Source of the DNA: an uncultured Campylobacteraceae bacterium
GTDB lineage: Bacteria > Campylobacterota > Campylobacteria > Campylobacterales > Campylobacteraceae
Direction of reading: 5' to 3'
Length of the DNA stretch: 32,606 nucleotides
Assembly: GCA_964646025.1 (NCBI GenBank)
Contig: CAZYDK010000001.1
Span: 1 to 32,606, forward strand
Positions 8,647 to 18,798 of the stretch are shown here, one piece after another. Made by a program: the position numbers and the translations under genes. The notes below the pieces were generated by a model, which saw only the letters and a list, made by a program, of their open reading frames with translations, was not told where the DNA came from and did not search any database. The stretch's first letter is position 1. Each line of letters starts with the position of its first letter.

Positions 8647-9807
8647 TTGAGCGTTGATTTAAAAATAATGTTTTTTTTATCGTTTGTCATCTTTGCGTCC
8701 CCTTATATAGCAAAGACTTTAAAACTTAGCATTAGTGCTTGTGAAATGATGCTTGGAATGGTTGGAGCTTTTTTTCTTATCATAGAAAAAAGCCCTAATT
8801 TTCAGTATCTATCACAAGCGGGGTTTTATTATTTGATGTTTATAGCTGGGCTTGAAGTTGATATAAAGGACTTTTTTAAAATTGATAAAAGAACATATAA
8901 AAAAATCTTTTGGTATTTTTTAATGCTTTATACTTTTAGTTTTTTTATATGTTTTTATTTTGAATACCACTATGTTTTTATAGCTATTTTTACTGTTATG
9001 AGCGTTGGTGTTTTATCAACATTATTTAAAGAATTTGGCAAAGATGTTAAATGGTTAAACTTATCCTTTTTGGTGGCTACGATAGGAGAGATTATATCCA
9101 TTGTCTTGCTTAGTATAAGCTCATCTTTAAGTAGTGCGGATACAAGCTTAATCCATGCTGTAAAGGATATTTTGTATTTTTGTATATTTATTACTTTATT
9201 TACATTTTATTATAAGTTTTTTGACATTTTGTTTTGGTGGTATCCAAAACTCCAAAAAATCTTAATGCCAGATGATGATAAAGCAGAAAAAGATGTAAGG
9301 CTATGCTTGGCGTATTTTATACTCATTATAGCTTTGATGATTTATTTTCATCTTGAGGTTGCTTTTGGTGTGTTTTTGATAGGAACTTTTGTAAAGGCAT
9401 TTTTTATCAAAAAACATGAATTAGAAGAAAAGCTTATGAGTATTGGGTATGGATTTTTGATACCTTGTTTTTTTGTTTATATAGGCTCTACATTTGATTT
9501 ACATTTGTTGTTTGATGTAAGGCTTTTAAAATTTGCTATAAGTTTGTGTTTGATTATGGTTTTACTTAGGGTGTTTTGTAGTTTTATTTTTGCTAGAACT
9601 ATAGGTGGTTTAAATTGTATTTTGTTTGGACTATCTCAAAGTATGCCTTTAACTCTTTGTATAGCGTTTGCAACATTATCTTTAAATGCAAAACTTATTG
9701 ACAACATAGAATACTCTGCGATGATTTTAGGAGCTTTGCTTGAAGCTATCGTATGTATAGGGCTTATAAACATTATAAGTCGTTTGGGTTTTTTAAATAG
9801 GAGTTAG
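8647..9807 (+). CDS. Cation:proton antiporter (CPA2/NapA-like)
   Basis: Multi-TM protein; GFYYLMFIAGLEVD, GFLIPCFFVYIG motifs. Confidence 0.8.
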   Translation: MSVDLKIMFFLSFVIFASPYIAKTLKLSISACEMMLGMVGAFFLIIEKSPNFQYLSQAGFYYLMFIAGLEVDIKDFFKIDKRTYKKIFWYFLMLYTFSFFICFYFEYHYVFIAIFTVMSVGVLSTLFKEFGKDVKWLNLSFLVATIGEIISIVLLSISSSLSSADTSLIHAVKDILYFCIFITLFTFYYKFFDILFWWYPKLQKILMPDDDKAEKDVRLCLAYFILIIALMIYFHLEVAFGVFLIGTFVKAFFIKKHELEEKLMSIGYGFLIPCFFVYIGSTFDLHLLFDVRLLKFAISLCLIMVLLRVFCSFIFARTIGGLNCILFGLSQSMPLTLCIAFATLSLNAKLIDNIEYSAMILGALLEAIVCIGLINIISRLGFLNRS

Positions 9808-9808
9808 T

Positions 9809-10336
9809 GTGTATTTTGGGATTTTGCATTTTGTTAGTATTTTTGTATTTGTAGTGATTTTTGCTTTAATAGAAGTTTTGCTTTTTTACAAATACGACAA
9901 TAAAAAAACAATTTTAACTTTTAGCTTGTTAAATTTTTTAGTAAATGTGATTTTATGTTTTAGCGTTATTATGATGATAGATGAAAAATCAAAGATTGTA
10001 ACTTTAAAGAATGTAAAAACAACTAGGATTTATAGAACAGAGAGTTTGCAGTTTCAAGCTGATTTGTATAATGAAGGCTCTATGCAAGTAAATAAATGCA
10101 CCATATCTTTTAGGCTCATTAACCTTGCACCAAAAAAAGTTAGTGGGGATATTTTTGATTTTGGTAGGGATTTTGAGATGTTTAAGATTGATAAATCTAA
10201 TCCAAATCTAATCAAACACGAAAAGACATTTATAGTAAATCTTTTGCCACAATACACAAAAAGAATTGTTTTTAACATAAAGTTCCCACCGCATTTTGAC
10301 AACTACAAAACGATAACTAAAGTAAAGTGCAAATAA
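9809..10336 (+). CDS. DUF2393-like membrane protein
   Basis: Two N-terminal TMs followed by a beta-rich domain with a Cys pair ending KVKCK. Confidence 0.6.
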   Translation: MYFGILHFVSIFVFVVIFALIEVLLFYKYDNKKTILTFSLLNFLVNVILCFSVIMMIDEKSKIVTLKNVKTTRIYRTESLQFQADLYNEGSMQVNKCTISFRLINLAPKKVSGDIFDFGRDFEMFKIDKSNPNLIKHEKTFIVNLLPQYTKRIVFNIKFPPHFDNYKTITKVKCK

Positions 10337-10339
10337 TCT

Positions 10340-10354
10340 AAATTTCGTTTGTTT
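10340..10354 (-). repeat. Single 15-bp motif copy
   Basis: aaatttcgtttgttt 3 nt after the stop codon. Confidence 0.9.
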
Positions 10355-10371
10355 ATATAAAATCATATAAG

Positions 10372-10403
10372 TTTAAGCTTAGCTTTATGGGGGGGGGTAA
10401 AAT
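10372..10403 (+). promoter_or_regulatory. Putative promoter with G9 tract abutting -10 box
   Basis: TTTAAG 10372-10377, G9 10389-10397, TAAAAT 10398-10403, RBS AAGGAG. Confidence 0.75.
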
Positions 10404-10435
10404 ACCTTTTTCATTTTAATTTTTAAAGGAGTAAA

Positions 10436-10804
10436 ATGTTTAAAAGGTCATTGTTTTTAGGTTTGGTTATGCTAGTTTTTAGCGGTTGTATTGATGAAGT
10501 GCAGCAGCTAAGCCCAAAAGAAGCCTACTTGAGAGATTTAGAGCAAAAATGCAATATGGGTAATATGGGTTATTGTGTTGAACTAGCGGAAAATATAGTA
10601 AAAAAAGATTCTAAAAGAGCTACAATGTTATACGATAGAGCTTGTAGTGGTGGCTATGTGAAAGCTTGTATGCTTGCGGGTGATTTGTTTTATGAAGGGC
10701 AAGTTGTAAAACAATCATTAAAAGATGCTAAGATGTTTTATGAAAGAGCTTGTGATTTAGGTTCTACCGCTGGTTGCAGAGAATTTAAGCACCTAAATAA
10801 ATAA
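10436..10804 (+). CDS. Sel1-like repeat lipoprotein (Hcp-like, Cys-paired)
   Basis: Lipobox FSGC; YDRACSGGYVKAC, AKMFYERACDLGSTAGC repeats. Confidence 0.85.
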   Translation: MFKRSLFLGLVMLVFSGCIDEVQQLSPKEAYLRDLEQKCNMGNMGYCVELAENIVKKDSKRATMLYDRACSGGYVKACMLAGDLFYEGQVVKQSLKDAKMFYERACDLGSTAGCREFKHLNK

Positions 10805-10809
10805 TCAAT

Positions 10810-10860
10810 AAATTTCGTTTGTTTGGCTTTTGTGTTTATTTAGCAAAACAAACGAAATTT
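10810..10860. terminator. Inverted motif pair; candidate bidirectional terminator
   Basis: Reverse copy 10810-10824 and forward copy 10846-10860 fill the gap between convergent stop codons. Confidence 0.65.
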
Positions 10861-10864
10861 GTAT

Positions 10865-12004
10865 TTATTTTTTTGAAAATCTTAACCACAAATATCCACA
10901 TAATGCAGATATGAAACTAGCGCTTAAAACACCAAGTTTAGCACTATCAAATAAAAGCTCATTGTTTTCATAAACTAATGCGCTTATAAAAAAACTCATT
11001 GTAAAACCTATTCCAGTAAGAAGGCTAAGTCCATAAAGAGTTTTGTTTGAAAATGGTTTTATGATACCGATTTTAAAAGCTAACTGACACATACAATAAA
11101 CACCGATTTGCTTACCAATAAAAAGTCCAAAAAATACACCAAAAAATACGCTGTTGAAGTTTTCTAAGCTTATGCTAAAAAAGCTTATTCCTGCATTAAA
11201 TAAAGCAAAAACAGGCAATATAAAATAATTGATATATGGTGTTAAATCTTGTATTATCTTGTCTAAAAATTCTTTGTTATTTTTATCATAGATTGGTATA
11301 AAAAGAGCGCATAGCATACCAGCTAAAGTTGCGTGAATTCCACTTTCTAAAACACATATCCATATAAAAATACCAACAATAGCATAAAGTTTGCGAATAC
11401 ATACATTTAAAATATTGAATACCAAAAGTATGCAAAGTCCTATTCCAGCTAGAATAAACGATATAAATGAAAGTTCATTTGTATAAAAAATTGCTATTAT
11501 TAATATAGCCATAATATCATCAAATATAGCAAGACTTAATAAAAAAACTTTCATAGACCTATTTGCTCTATGTCCTAATAAAAGCAAAATGCCAACAGCA
11601 AAAGCTGTGTCTGTTCCAGATGGTATGGCAAAACCATTTAATGCTTCTTTATTGTGATAATTAAAAAGTATGAAAATAATACTAGGTATAACCACTCCGC
11701 CGACAGCACCCATAAAAGGTAGTGCACTTTTTTTGATGCTGTTTAATTCTCCAACTATAAGTTCTTTTTTTACTTCAAGCCCAACCCAAAAAAAGAAAAT
11801 AGCTATCAATCCATCATTTACCCATAAAACTATTGGTTTAATTAGTGTGTAATTAATTGCTATAAAACCTATTTTAGAATCTACAACAATATCGTAAAAT
11901 TCGCTTAGATTTGAGTTTTTGAGTATTAAAGCTAGTAGTGTAAATATTATTAATAAGCAAGGCGGAAATAGCTCGTGCTTGATTATTTTATAAAACTCTT
12001 TCAT
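10865..12004 (-). CDS. nhaA: Na+/H+ antiporter NhaA
   Basis: WVNDGLIAIFF..GLEVKKE, TDTAFA, LAIFDD, SGIHATLAG, GKQIG, GIGFTMS. Confidence 0.93.
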   Translation of the reverse strand: MKEFYKIIKHELFPPCLLIIFTLLALILKNSNLSEFYDIVVDSKIGFIAINYTLIKPIVLWVNDGLIAIFFFWVGLEVKKELIVGELNSIKKSALPFMGAVGGVVIPSIIFILFNYHNKEALNGFAIPSGTDTAFAVGILLLLGHRANRSMKVFLLSLAIFDDIMAILIIAIFYTNELSFISFILAGIGLCILLVFNILNVCIRKLYAIVGIFIWICVLESGIHATLAGMLCALFIPIYDKNNKEFLDKIIQDLTPYINYFILPVFALFNAGISFFSISLENFNSVFFGVFFGLFIGKQIGVYCMCQLAFKIGIIKPFSNKTLYGLSLLTGIGFTMSFFISALVYENNELLFDSAKLGVLSASFISALCGYLWLRFSKK

Positions 12005-12046
12005 AACATTCCTTTAGAAAATTAATAATTAGTGTTGATTAAAATT

Positions 12047-12145
12047 CTAAAAATGTTCGGGAAATGAAAATAAATAAAAACGATTTTGTCTTGAGAAAGT
12101 AAGATGTGAAAAAAGTATAAATGTGTTGTTCTTAATAATAATCAA
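12047..12145 (-). CDS. Putative 32-aa leader/small peptide upstream of nhaA
   Basis: AAAGGA RBS, 5 nt, TTG 12145; MIIIKNNTFILFSHLTFSRQNRFYLFSFPEHF*; ends 42 nt before nhaA ATG. Confidence 0.35.
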   Translation of the reverse strand: MIIIKNNTFILFSHLTFSRQNRFYLFSFPEHF

Positions 12146-12304
12146 TGAAATCCTTTTGTAAAGTTTTTTAAAATATAAATAAAAAAAGTTAATCAATATT
12201 TAATATCAATTAATAAATATATTGTTTCAAGTAATGATATATATTTTAGCGATAGGATTGATGTTAAGTAAGTGGATTTAGTTTTAAGTTGTATAAAATT
12301 ATCA

Positions 12305-12885
12305 AAATTTCGTTTGTTTGGCATAAACTTTAGCTAGTGTGATTTAGGCATAAATATAAATTCGTTTGTTTAAGGCGAATGTGATTTAAATATACTTTGT
12401 AAACAAATAAAATTTATTATCCAAACCACACATTATCTACCAAGTAAAACAGCCTAAAATAAATGCAATTTGGCGCACACATCAAACCTAACGCAAAAAA
12501 TCACTCGCTCAAACAAACGAAATTTATCTACATCGTCCAAACTAAAATCCACTCGCTACAATATCTGAATAAAAATTGTTTTAAAAATAAAGCAATACAT
12601 ATTAAAACTGCAAAAGCAAACTAAAACACCCAAACAACCATAAACCCACTAACCAATATAAAGATAAACAACAAGATTTTAAAATATGTAGTTTTGCAAA
12701 AATAACATCTATATATAAATTTTGTTTGTTTAAGCTTATGCTAGATTATTTAGCTTAAAACAACACATGCAAAATCAAACAAACGAAATTTAGAAGTGGT
12801 TTTATAGGGTCAAAATCCACCACCCCCATATTTTCAATAAATTTATTTTATAAATTCATATTCTTTGTTTAAACAAACGAAATTT
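12305..12885. repeat. Intergenic array of the 15-bp motif
   Basis: 12305(-), 12358(-, 1-nt deletion), 12511(+), 12717(-, C>T), 12777(+), 12871(+). Confidence 0.9.
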
Positions 12886-12903
12886 AAAGTTATTTTTTAA
12901 AGT

Positions 12904-13965
12904 TTATTGTTTTTCCATAGCTAAAGACTGATAATGTGCGTGAAGTGGCTCTATAATTTCATCTAAAAGCCCACCTTGCATTATAACATCAAGTCTGTGT
13001 AGCGTTAGGTTTATGCGGTGGTCAGATATGCGGTTTTGCGGATAGTTATAGGTTCTAATTCTTTCACTTCTATCGCCCGAGCCTACTTGGTTTTTTCTTT
13101 GCTCGTATTCTTTTGCCATTCTTTCTTGCTCTTGCAAGTCATAAAGTCTAGCTTTTAGAACCTTTATAGCACTTTCTTTGTTTTTATGCTGAGATTTGCC
13201 GTCTTGATTGACTACTACAATACCTGTTGGTATGTGAGTTATTCTTACAGCTGAATCAGTTGTATTTACGCTTTGACCGCCATGACCACTACTTCTCATA
13301 ACATCTATTTTTAAATCATTTGGATTGATTTGTATATCTATATCATCAACCTCAGGCATAACAGCAACCGTTATTGCAGATGTATGAACCCTTCCTTGGC
13401 TTTCTGTATCAGGCACTCTTTGAACTCTGTGTGTGCCACCTTCATACTTGAATTTTGAGTATGCACCATCGCCTTTTATAAGCACGATGATTTCTTTATA
13501 TCCACCCGCTGTTCCTTCGCTAGAGCTCATTATCTCAAGCTTATAACCTTTAATCTCAGCATATCTTGCATAAGTTTTAAACAAATCCCCAACAAACAAA
13601 GCAGCTTCATCTCCACCAGTTCCAGCTCTAATTTCTAAAAAGATATTTTTGCTATCATTTGGGTCTTTTGGTATAAGTAGGATTTTTATTTGTTCTTCAA
13701 GATTTTGTTTTTCTTGCTCTAAAGCTTTAAGTTCTTCTTTTGCAAGTTCTGTAAAATCAGGGTTTTGAAGTAGTTCTTTGTTTTCTTCTATTTCTTGTAA
13801 GATTTTTAGATACCTTTTTGACGCTTGTGCTATATCTTCTATATTGCTTTGTTCTTTTGAAAGCTCGGTCATCTTAGCAACATCGCTAATTATAGCAACA
13901 TCACTAAGTAAGACACCAAGCTCATCATAGCGTCTTACAAAAGGTTCTAGTTTATCTTGTAACAA
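12904..13965 (-). CDS. prfA: Peptide chain release factor 1
   Basis: GGQ motif ([15 protein letters not shown]), [15 protein letters not shown] tripeptide, [10 protein letters not shown]. Confidence 0.97.
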   Translation of the reverse strand: MLQDKLEPFVRRYDELGVLLSDVAIISDVAKMTELSKEQSNIEDIAQASKRYLKILQEIEENKELLQNPDFTELAKEELKALEQEKQNLEEQIKILLIPKDPNDSKNIFLEIRAGTGGDEAALFVGDLFKTYARYAEIKGYKLEIMSSSEGTAGGYKEIIVLIKGDGAYSKFKYEGGTHRVQRVPDTESQGRVHTSAITVAVMPEVDDIDIQINPNDLKIDVMRSSGHGGQSVNTTDSAVRITHIPTGIVVVNQDGKSQHKNKESAIKVLKARLYDLQEQERMAKEYEQRKNQVGSGDRSERIRTYNYPQNRISDHRINLTLHRLDVIMQGGLLDEIIEPLHAHYQSLAMEKQ

Positions 13966-14232
13966 TTACGCACCTATTTTATTTACAAGTAGTGCTAGTC
14001 TACTTACACGGCGAGAAGCTGTTTGTTTTTTCAAAAATCCTCTACTTACCATAGCGTGGATTTTTTGGTTAGCTACTTTTAATGCTGCTTCTGCTGCTGC
14101 TTTATCATTAGCATTTGCTGCTTCTATAACTGCTTTTGTTATATTTTTTAAACGAGTTCTGTAAAATCTGTTTCTAGCTGTCTTTTTTATAGTTTGTCTA
14201 GCTCTTTTTTCAGATGACTTATGATTTGCCAT
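13966..14232 (-). CDS. rpsT: 30S ribosomal protein S20
   Basis: [14 protein letters not shown]...TASRRVSRL. Confidence 0.97.
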   Translation of the reverse strand: MANHKSSEKRARQTIKKTARNRFYRTRLKNITKAVIEAANANDKAAAEAALKVANQKIHAMVSRGFLKKQTASRRVSRLALLVNKIGA

Positions 14233-14273
14233 AGTTACCTCTTTATGTTAAATTTTTTGGATTAAAAGTCGTG

Positions 14274-14329
14274 ATTATATCTTTTGTGATTTTAAAACTA
14301 TCTTAATTTAAGTTAGAATTAATTATAAT
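14274..14329. promoter_or_regulatory. Divergent -10 boxes for rpsT and glmM
   Basis: TATAAT on the minus strand at 14274-14279 and on the plus strand at 14324-14329. Confidence 0.45.
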
Positions 14330-14368
14330 TTTATCTTTTTTGAGATTTAATAAATTTAAGGAAATGAT

Positions 14369-15694
14369 ATGTTATTTGGAACAGATGGCGTTAGAGGATA
14401 TGCTGGAAAAGAGCTAAACGCATATTTAGCTATGGAAGTAGCAATGGCTGTTGGTATACATTTTAAACAAAAAGCTGTTACAAAGACAATTTTAGTTGGA
14501 AAAGATACTAGAAAAAGTGGCTATATGATAGAAAATGCCATTGTTAGCGGACTTACTGCTGTTGGGTATAATGTTTTACAAATAGGTCCTATGCCAACTC
14601 CTGCTATAGCTTTTTTAACTGAAGATTTAAGGTGTGATTGTGGGATAATGATAAGTGCTTCTCATAATCCATACTATGATAATGGCATAAAGATTTTTGA
14701 CTCACAAGGTTTTAAATTAGATAAAGAAGATGAAAAAGCTATAGAAAAAATTTACAATGATAAAAAGCTTTTAAAAAATAGCCTTGTAACAGAGCTTGAT
14801 ATAGGATATGCAAAGCGTATTGATGATGTTATTGGAAGATATATTGTGCATATTAAAAACTCATTTGATAAGGATTTAAACTTAAAATCTTTAAGAGTTG
14901 TGCTTGACCTTGCTAATGGTGCTGCGTATAAAGTAGCTCCAGCGGTGTTTAGTGAGCTTGGAGCTGATGTTTTTGTGCTAAATGACAAGCCAAATGGCTC
15001 AAATATAAATGAACTTTGTGGAGCTTTATATCCAAATGAGCTTTGTGATGAGGTAAAAAGACTTCGTGCTGATGTGGGTTTTGCTTTTGATGGTGATGCG
15101 GATAGGCTTGTTGTGGTTGATGAAAGAGGACAAGTTGTAAATGGAGATTGTGTTATAGCAGCACTTGGACTTTCACTACAAAAAGAAAACAAACTAAAAG
15201 GTGGCGTAGTAGCTACAAAGATGAGCAATATGGCGTTTTTTGAATGTTTAGAAGAAAACAACATAAAATATGAAAAAAGCGATGTTGGGGATAAAAATGT
15301 TTTTGAAAGCATGAAAAGTATAGGAAGTAATTTTGGCGGAGAGCAAAGCGGACATATAATTTTTTCTGATTATGCAAAAACTGGCGATGGCGTGGTATCG
15401 GCACTTCAATTTGCAAAACTTTTAATAAAATCAAACAAAAAAGCAAGTAAATTGTCTCCATTTAAGCCATATCCACAAATCCTAACAAACCTAAAAATCA
15501 CCGAAAAAAAGCCACTTGAAAGCATCAAGGGGCTAGATAAGATACAAAAAGAGCTTGATAGTCATAAGATAGGTTATCTTTTTAGGTATTCTGGCACAGA
15601 AAATCTACTTAGAATACTTTTAGAAGGTAAAGATGAGGAGCTTTTACAAAGCTATACGCAAAAACTTAAAGAATTTTTTAAAGAAAATTTATGA
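14369..15694 (+). CDS. glmM: Phosphoglucosamine mutase
   Basis: [34 protein letters not shown]. Confidence 0.96.
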   Translation: MLFGTDGVRGYAGKELNAYLAMEVAMAVGIHFKQKAVTKTILVGKDTRKSGYMIENAIVSGLTAVGYNVLQIGPMPTPAIAFLTEDLRCDCGIMISASHNPYYDNGIKIFDSQGFKLDKEDEKAIEKIYNDKKLLKNSLVTELDIGYAKRIDDVIGRYIVHIKNSFDKDLNLKSLRVVLDLANGAAYKVAPAVFSELGADVFVLNDKPNGSNINELCGALYPNELCDEVKRLRADVGFAFDGDADRLVVVDERGQVVNGDCVIAALGLSLQKENKLKGGVVATKMSNMAFFECLEENNIKYEKSDVGDKNVFESMKSIGSNFGGEQSGHIIFSDYAKTGDGVVSALQFAKLLIKSNKKASKLSPFKPYPQILTNLKITEKKPLESIKGLDKIQKELDSHKIGYLFRYSGTENLLRILLEGKDEELLQSYTQKLKEFFKENL

Positions 15695-16179
15695 AGTTAG
15701 CGAAATTTATATCTTTAAACAACCCTAAAAAAGCACTTTTATATGGTGCTTTTATATGGGTTTTTGTAATTTTTTTAGACCAGATAAGCAAATACATTTT
15801 TTTAAATGGTTATACATATCAAGGAAAGTTTTTTGACCTTTATTTTGTGTTAAATAAGGGTGTGAGTTTTTCTATGTTTGCATTTTTAGGAGAGTATTTA
15901 AAATACATTCAAATAGCTATTTTGCTAAGTGTTGTGATTTTTTTTGCTAAACATAAAGAAAGCTTTTTTGAGTATTTTTTTGCTTTAATGCTTATAATCC
16001 CAGCAGGTATTAGCAATATAGCTGATAGATTTATACATGGTGGGGTGGTGGATTTTTTTGCTTGGCATTATGGGTTTAATTTTGCTGTGTTTAATCTTGC
16101 AGATGTTTTTATAAACATAGGCATTTTTTTGATATTATTTTATGAGATTTTTTTGAAAAAAGGATACAAAAATGGTTGA
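15691..16179 (+). CDS. lspA: Lipoprotein signal peptidase II
   Basis: [32 protein letters not shown]. Confidence 0.95.
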   Translation: MKLAKFISLNNPKKALLYGAFIWVFVIFLDQISKYIFLNGYTYQGKFFDLYFVLNKGVSFSMFAFLGEYLKYIQIAILLSVVIFFAKHKESFFEYFFALMLIIPAGISNIADRFIHGGVVDFFAWHYGFNFAVFNLADVFINIGIFLILFYEIFLKKGYKNG

Positions 16180-16606
16180 ATATTATGATTGGATAAAGGC
16201 ATTTCACTTTGCCGCTTTTATATCATGGATGGCTGGACTTTTTTATTTGCCTAGGCTTTTTGTTTATCATACGGAACATTATGATAATAAAGACTTTGTA
16301 AAGGTTGTAAAAATTCAAGAACATAAACTTTTTTATCAAATCACACAACCTGCGATGATAGCAAGTGTAGCAAGTGGTATTTGGATGATAGTTTTAAACC
16401 CTACTTTGCTTAGTCTTCCTTATTTTCATGCTAAGCTTACTTTTGCTTTTTTGCTTGTTGTTTATCATTTTAGCTGTTTGTATTATTTAAAGCAGTTAAA
16501 AGCTGATAAATGTAAAAAAAGTGGTGTATTTTTTAGGGTAAATAACGAAATTCCAACACTTATCATGATAGGTATACTTATATTTATGGTGATTAGACCG
16601 TTTTGA
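16172..16606 (+). CDS. hemJ: Protoporphyrinogen oxidase HemJ
   Basis: WIKAFH...WMAGLFYLPRLFVYH, FFRVNNEIPT, C-terminal RPF. Confidence 0.92.
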   Translation: MVEYYDWIKAFHFAAFISWMAGLFYLPRLFVYHTEHYDNKDFVKVVKIQEHKLFYQITQPAMIASVASGIWMIVLNPTLLSLPYFHAKLTFAFLLVVYHFSCLYYLKQLKADKCKKSGVFFRVNNEIPTLIMIGILIFMVIRPF

Positions 16607-16608
16607 GT

Positions 16609-16623
16609 AAATTTCGTTTGTTT
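16609..16623 (-). repeat. Single 15-bp motif copy in the hemJ-murI spacer
   Basis: aaatttcgtttgttt. Confidence 0.9.
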
Positions 16624-16634
16624 GAAGGTTTTTG

Positions 16635-17369
16635 ATGAAAGCTGGGATTTTCGATAGCGGTGTTGGGGGACTTAGTGTTTTAAAAAGCATAAAAGATGCT
16701 GAGATTTTTAGCGAGATTGTGTATTTTGCGGACTTAGCTCATGTGCCTTATGGAAACAAAGACACTAAGACAATTCAAAATTTTTGCCTTGAAAATTTAG
16801 AATTTTTAGAAAAATTTGATGTTGATACAATTATCATAGCCTGTAACACCGCTACCGCTTGTAGTCTTGAGCTTTTAAAATCTCGTGCTAAATGTAGTGT
16901 TTATGGAGTGATTGACGCTGGGGTTAGTGCTTGTGATAAAGCAAGTATTAGTAAAGATGATAAAATCTTGGTTTTAGGGACAAAAGCTACGATAAACTCA
17001 GGTCTTTATGAAAAAAAACTAAAAAGCCTTGGATATCATAATATCACAAATATAGCCACAAGCCTTTTTGTTCCTATCGTAGAAGAAGGTTTACAAGATA
17101 CGCCTATATTAAATGAGTGTATGAAGCATTATTTTAGTGGTATTTCCACACCTGATATAATCGTTCTTGGTTGTACTCATTTTCCATTTTTAAAAGAGCA
17201 AATAAGCAGATATTTTAATCATCACCCAAAACTAATCCACTCAGGTGACGCTATAGTTGATGAGCTTTTAAAAGATTTTAAAAAAGATAATGTTAAACCA
17301 AAGATTAGTTTTCATGCTTCAAGTGATGAAAAATCGCTTATTGATTTTGCTAATAAATATTTAGCATAA
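16635..17369 (+). CDS. murI: Glutamate racemase
   Basis: GIFDSGVGGLSV, PYG, ACNTA, LGCTHFP. Confidence 0.96.
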   Translation: MKAGIFDSGVGGLSVLKSIKDAEIFSEIVYFADLAHVPYGNKDTKTIQNFCLENLEFLEKFDVDTIIIACNTATACSLELLKSRAKCSVYGVIDAGVSACDKASISKDDKILVLGTKATINSGLYEKKLKSLGYHNITNIATSLFVPIVEEGLQDTPILNECMKHYFSGISTPDIIVLGCTHFPFLKEQISRYFNHHPKLIHSGDAIVDELLKDFKKDNVKPKISFHASSDEKSLIDFANKYLA

Positions 17370-17382
17370 ACATATTTTATAT

Positions 17383-17391
17383 TGATATAAT
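17383..17391 (+). promoter_or_regulatory. Extended -10 promoter for map
   Basis: TGaTATAAT about 27 nt upstream of the ATG; RBS AGGAG. Confidence 0.55.
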
Positions 17392-17418
17392 TTATCAAAA
17401 ATACATAGGAGAAAACAC

Positions 17419-18174
17419 ATGATAGAGATTAAAAAACCAGCTGATATTGAAAAACTAAAAGTAGCAAACCACCTTGTAGCACAAACGCTTGATTATCTAA
17501 AAACTCTTACAAAACCAGGTATAAGCTTAAAAGAGCTAAATGATTTAGCAGAAAAGTTCATAGTAGATAATGGTGCAAAACCTGCATTTAAAGGGCTTTA
17601 TGGTTTTCCAGGTTCAATTTGTATAAGCCTTAATAAAACTTGCATTCATGGGGTGCCAGACGATAGGATTTTAAAAGAGGGCGATATTGTAACATATGAT
17701 GTGGGGACTGTTGTTGATGGGTATTATGGTGATGCGGCTAGAACTTATGGTGTAGGCAAAATAAGCAAAAAAGATGAAGAGCTTATCGCTTGTTCGCATG
17801 ATGCACTTATGCATGCTATTTTTAGCATAAAAGAAGGTATGAGATTTAAAGAGCTTAGTAAGATTTTAGAAGAGTTTATAATCTCTCGTGGTTTTGTGCC
17901 TTTGCGTGGATTTTGTGGGCATGGGATTGGTAAAAAACCTCATCAAGAGCCAGAAATTCCAAACTACTTAGAACCATACGACAACCCAAAAAGTGGCCCA
18001 AAGATAAAAAATGGTATGGTTTTTTGCATTGAGCCTATGATTTGTCAAAAAGACGGAAATCCTAAAAATGTAAAAGGCATTTGGGAAACAGAAGGTGGAG
18101 ATGGACTAAATACCGCTCATTATGAGCATTGTGTAGCGATAGTTGATGGTAGGGCTGTGATTTTAAGCGAGTAG
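17419..18174 (+). CDS. map: Methionine aminopeptidase type I
   Basis: IHGVP, DVG...GYYGDAA, GHGIG, IEPM, AHYEH. Confidence 0.96.
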   Translation: MIEIKKPADIEKLKVANHLVAQTLDYLKTLTKPGISLKELNDLAEKFIVDNGAKPAFKGLYGFPGSICISLNKTCIHGVPDDRILKEGDIVTYDVGTVVDGYYGDAARTYGVGKISKKDEELIACSHDALMHAIFSIKEGMRFKELSKILEEFIISRGFVPLRGFCGHGIGKKPHQEPEIPNYLEPYDNPKSGPKIKNGMVFCIEPMICQKDGNPKNVKGIWETEGGDGLNTAHYEHCVAIVDGRAVILSE

Positions 18175-18177
18175 TTT

Positions 18178-18717
18178 ATGCAAAAAATAAACCATATACA
18201 AGAAAGTTTGTTAGATGATAAGCTTTGTGAGTTTTTAAACACTTATAAAAACTCTAGTATCTTTACAAAGATAAAAAAAGACATACAAAAAACAAGGCAA
18301 AAAGGCAAAATCAGTTCAAGTTTTTGCTTTAAAACTTTGTTTTTTACTTCTTTTATGCTTTTGTGTCGTGGTTTTTATCTTCAATTTTTTGTGGTGCTTG
18401 GAGCTTTTTTTCTTTGTGAGATTATGTTTTTTAGCACATTGTTTACAGTGGGTCATATGGTAGTAGATGATGATTTTATCACAAAGAGACTTTTTGTTTC
18501 TTTGGCATTTTTTATATGTTTTTTAGTCTTAAAAGTGGTTTTTGCTAAGCTTTATAATGGATTTATCATCAAAAGATTTTTTGAGTTTTTAAATTGTGAG
18601 AGAAAGCTTAGCAAACCTCATACTGTTTTTATAGTAATTTTTAGCATATTTTTTGCTATAAACTCAGCTTTTCTTTTGATGTTTTTGCTTGTTATGGGCA
18701 CTTTTGCGGGTGGATAA
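18178..18717 (+). CDS. Membrane protein, DUF2628-like
   Basis: 3-4 TMs; 'FFTSFMLLCRGFY' pattern; paralog of the next gene. Confidence 0.55.
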   Translation: MQKINHIQESLLDDKLCEFLNTYKNSSIFTKIKKDIQKTRQKGKISSSFCFKTLFFTSFMLLCRGFYLQFFVVLGAFFLCEIMFFSTLFTVGHMVVDDDFITKRLFVSLAFFICFLVLKVVFAKLYNGFIIKRFFEFLNCERKLSKPHTVFIVIFSIFFAINSAFLLMFLLVMGTFAGG

Positions 18718-18798
18718 ATACTTAAAAATGAAACTTGAAAATAACTTTAAAAAATGCTTAATGATATTAAAAGATTGATTATATGCTAAGGAGATTTT

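Noticed and set aside
8671-8678. Poly-T/poly-A runs in coding regions as phase-variable tracts
   Set aside because: Runs of 8 or fewer are expected at this AT content and reading frames are intact.
10810-10860. Motif pairs as integron attC sites
   Set aside because: No RYYYAAC...GTTRRRY ends and no integrase in the window.
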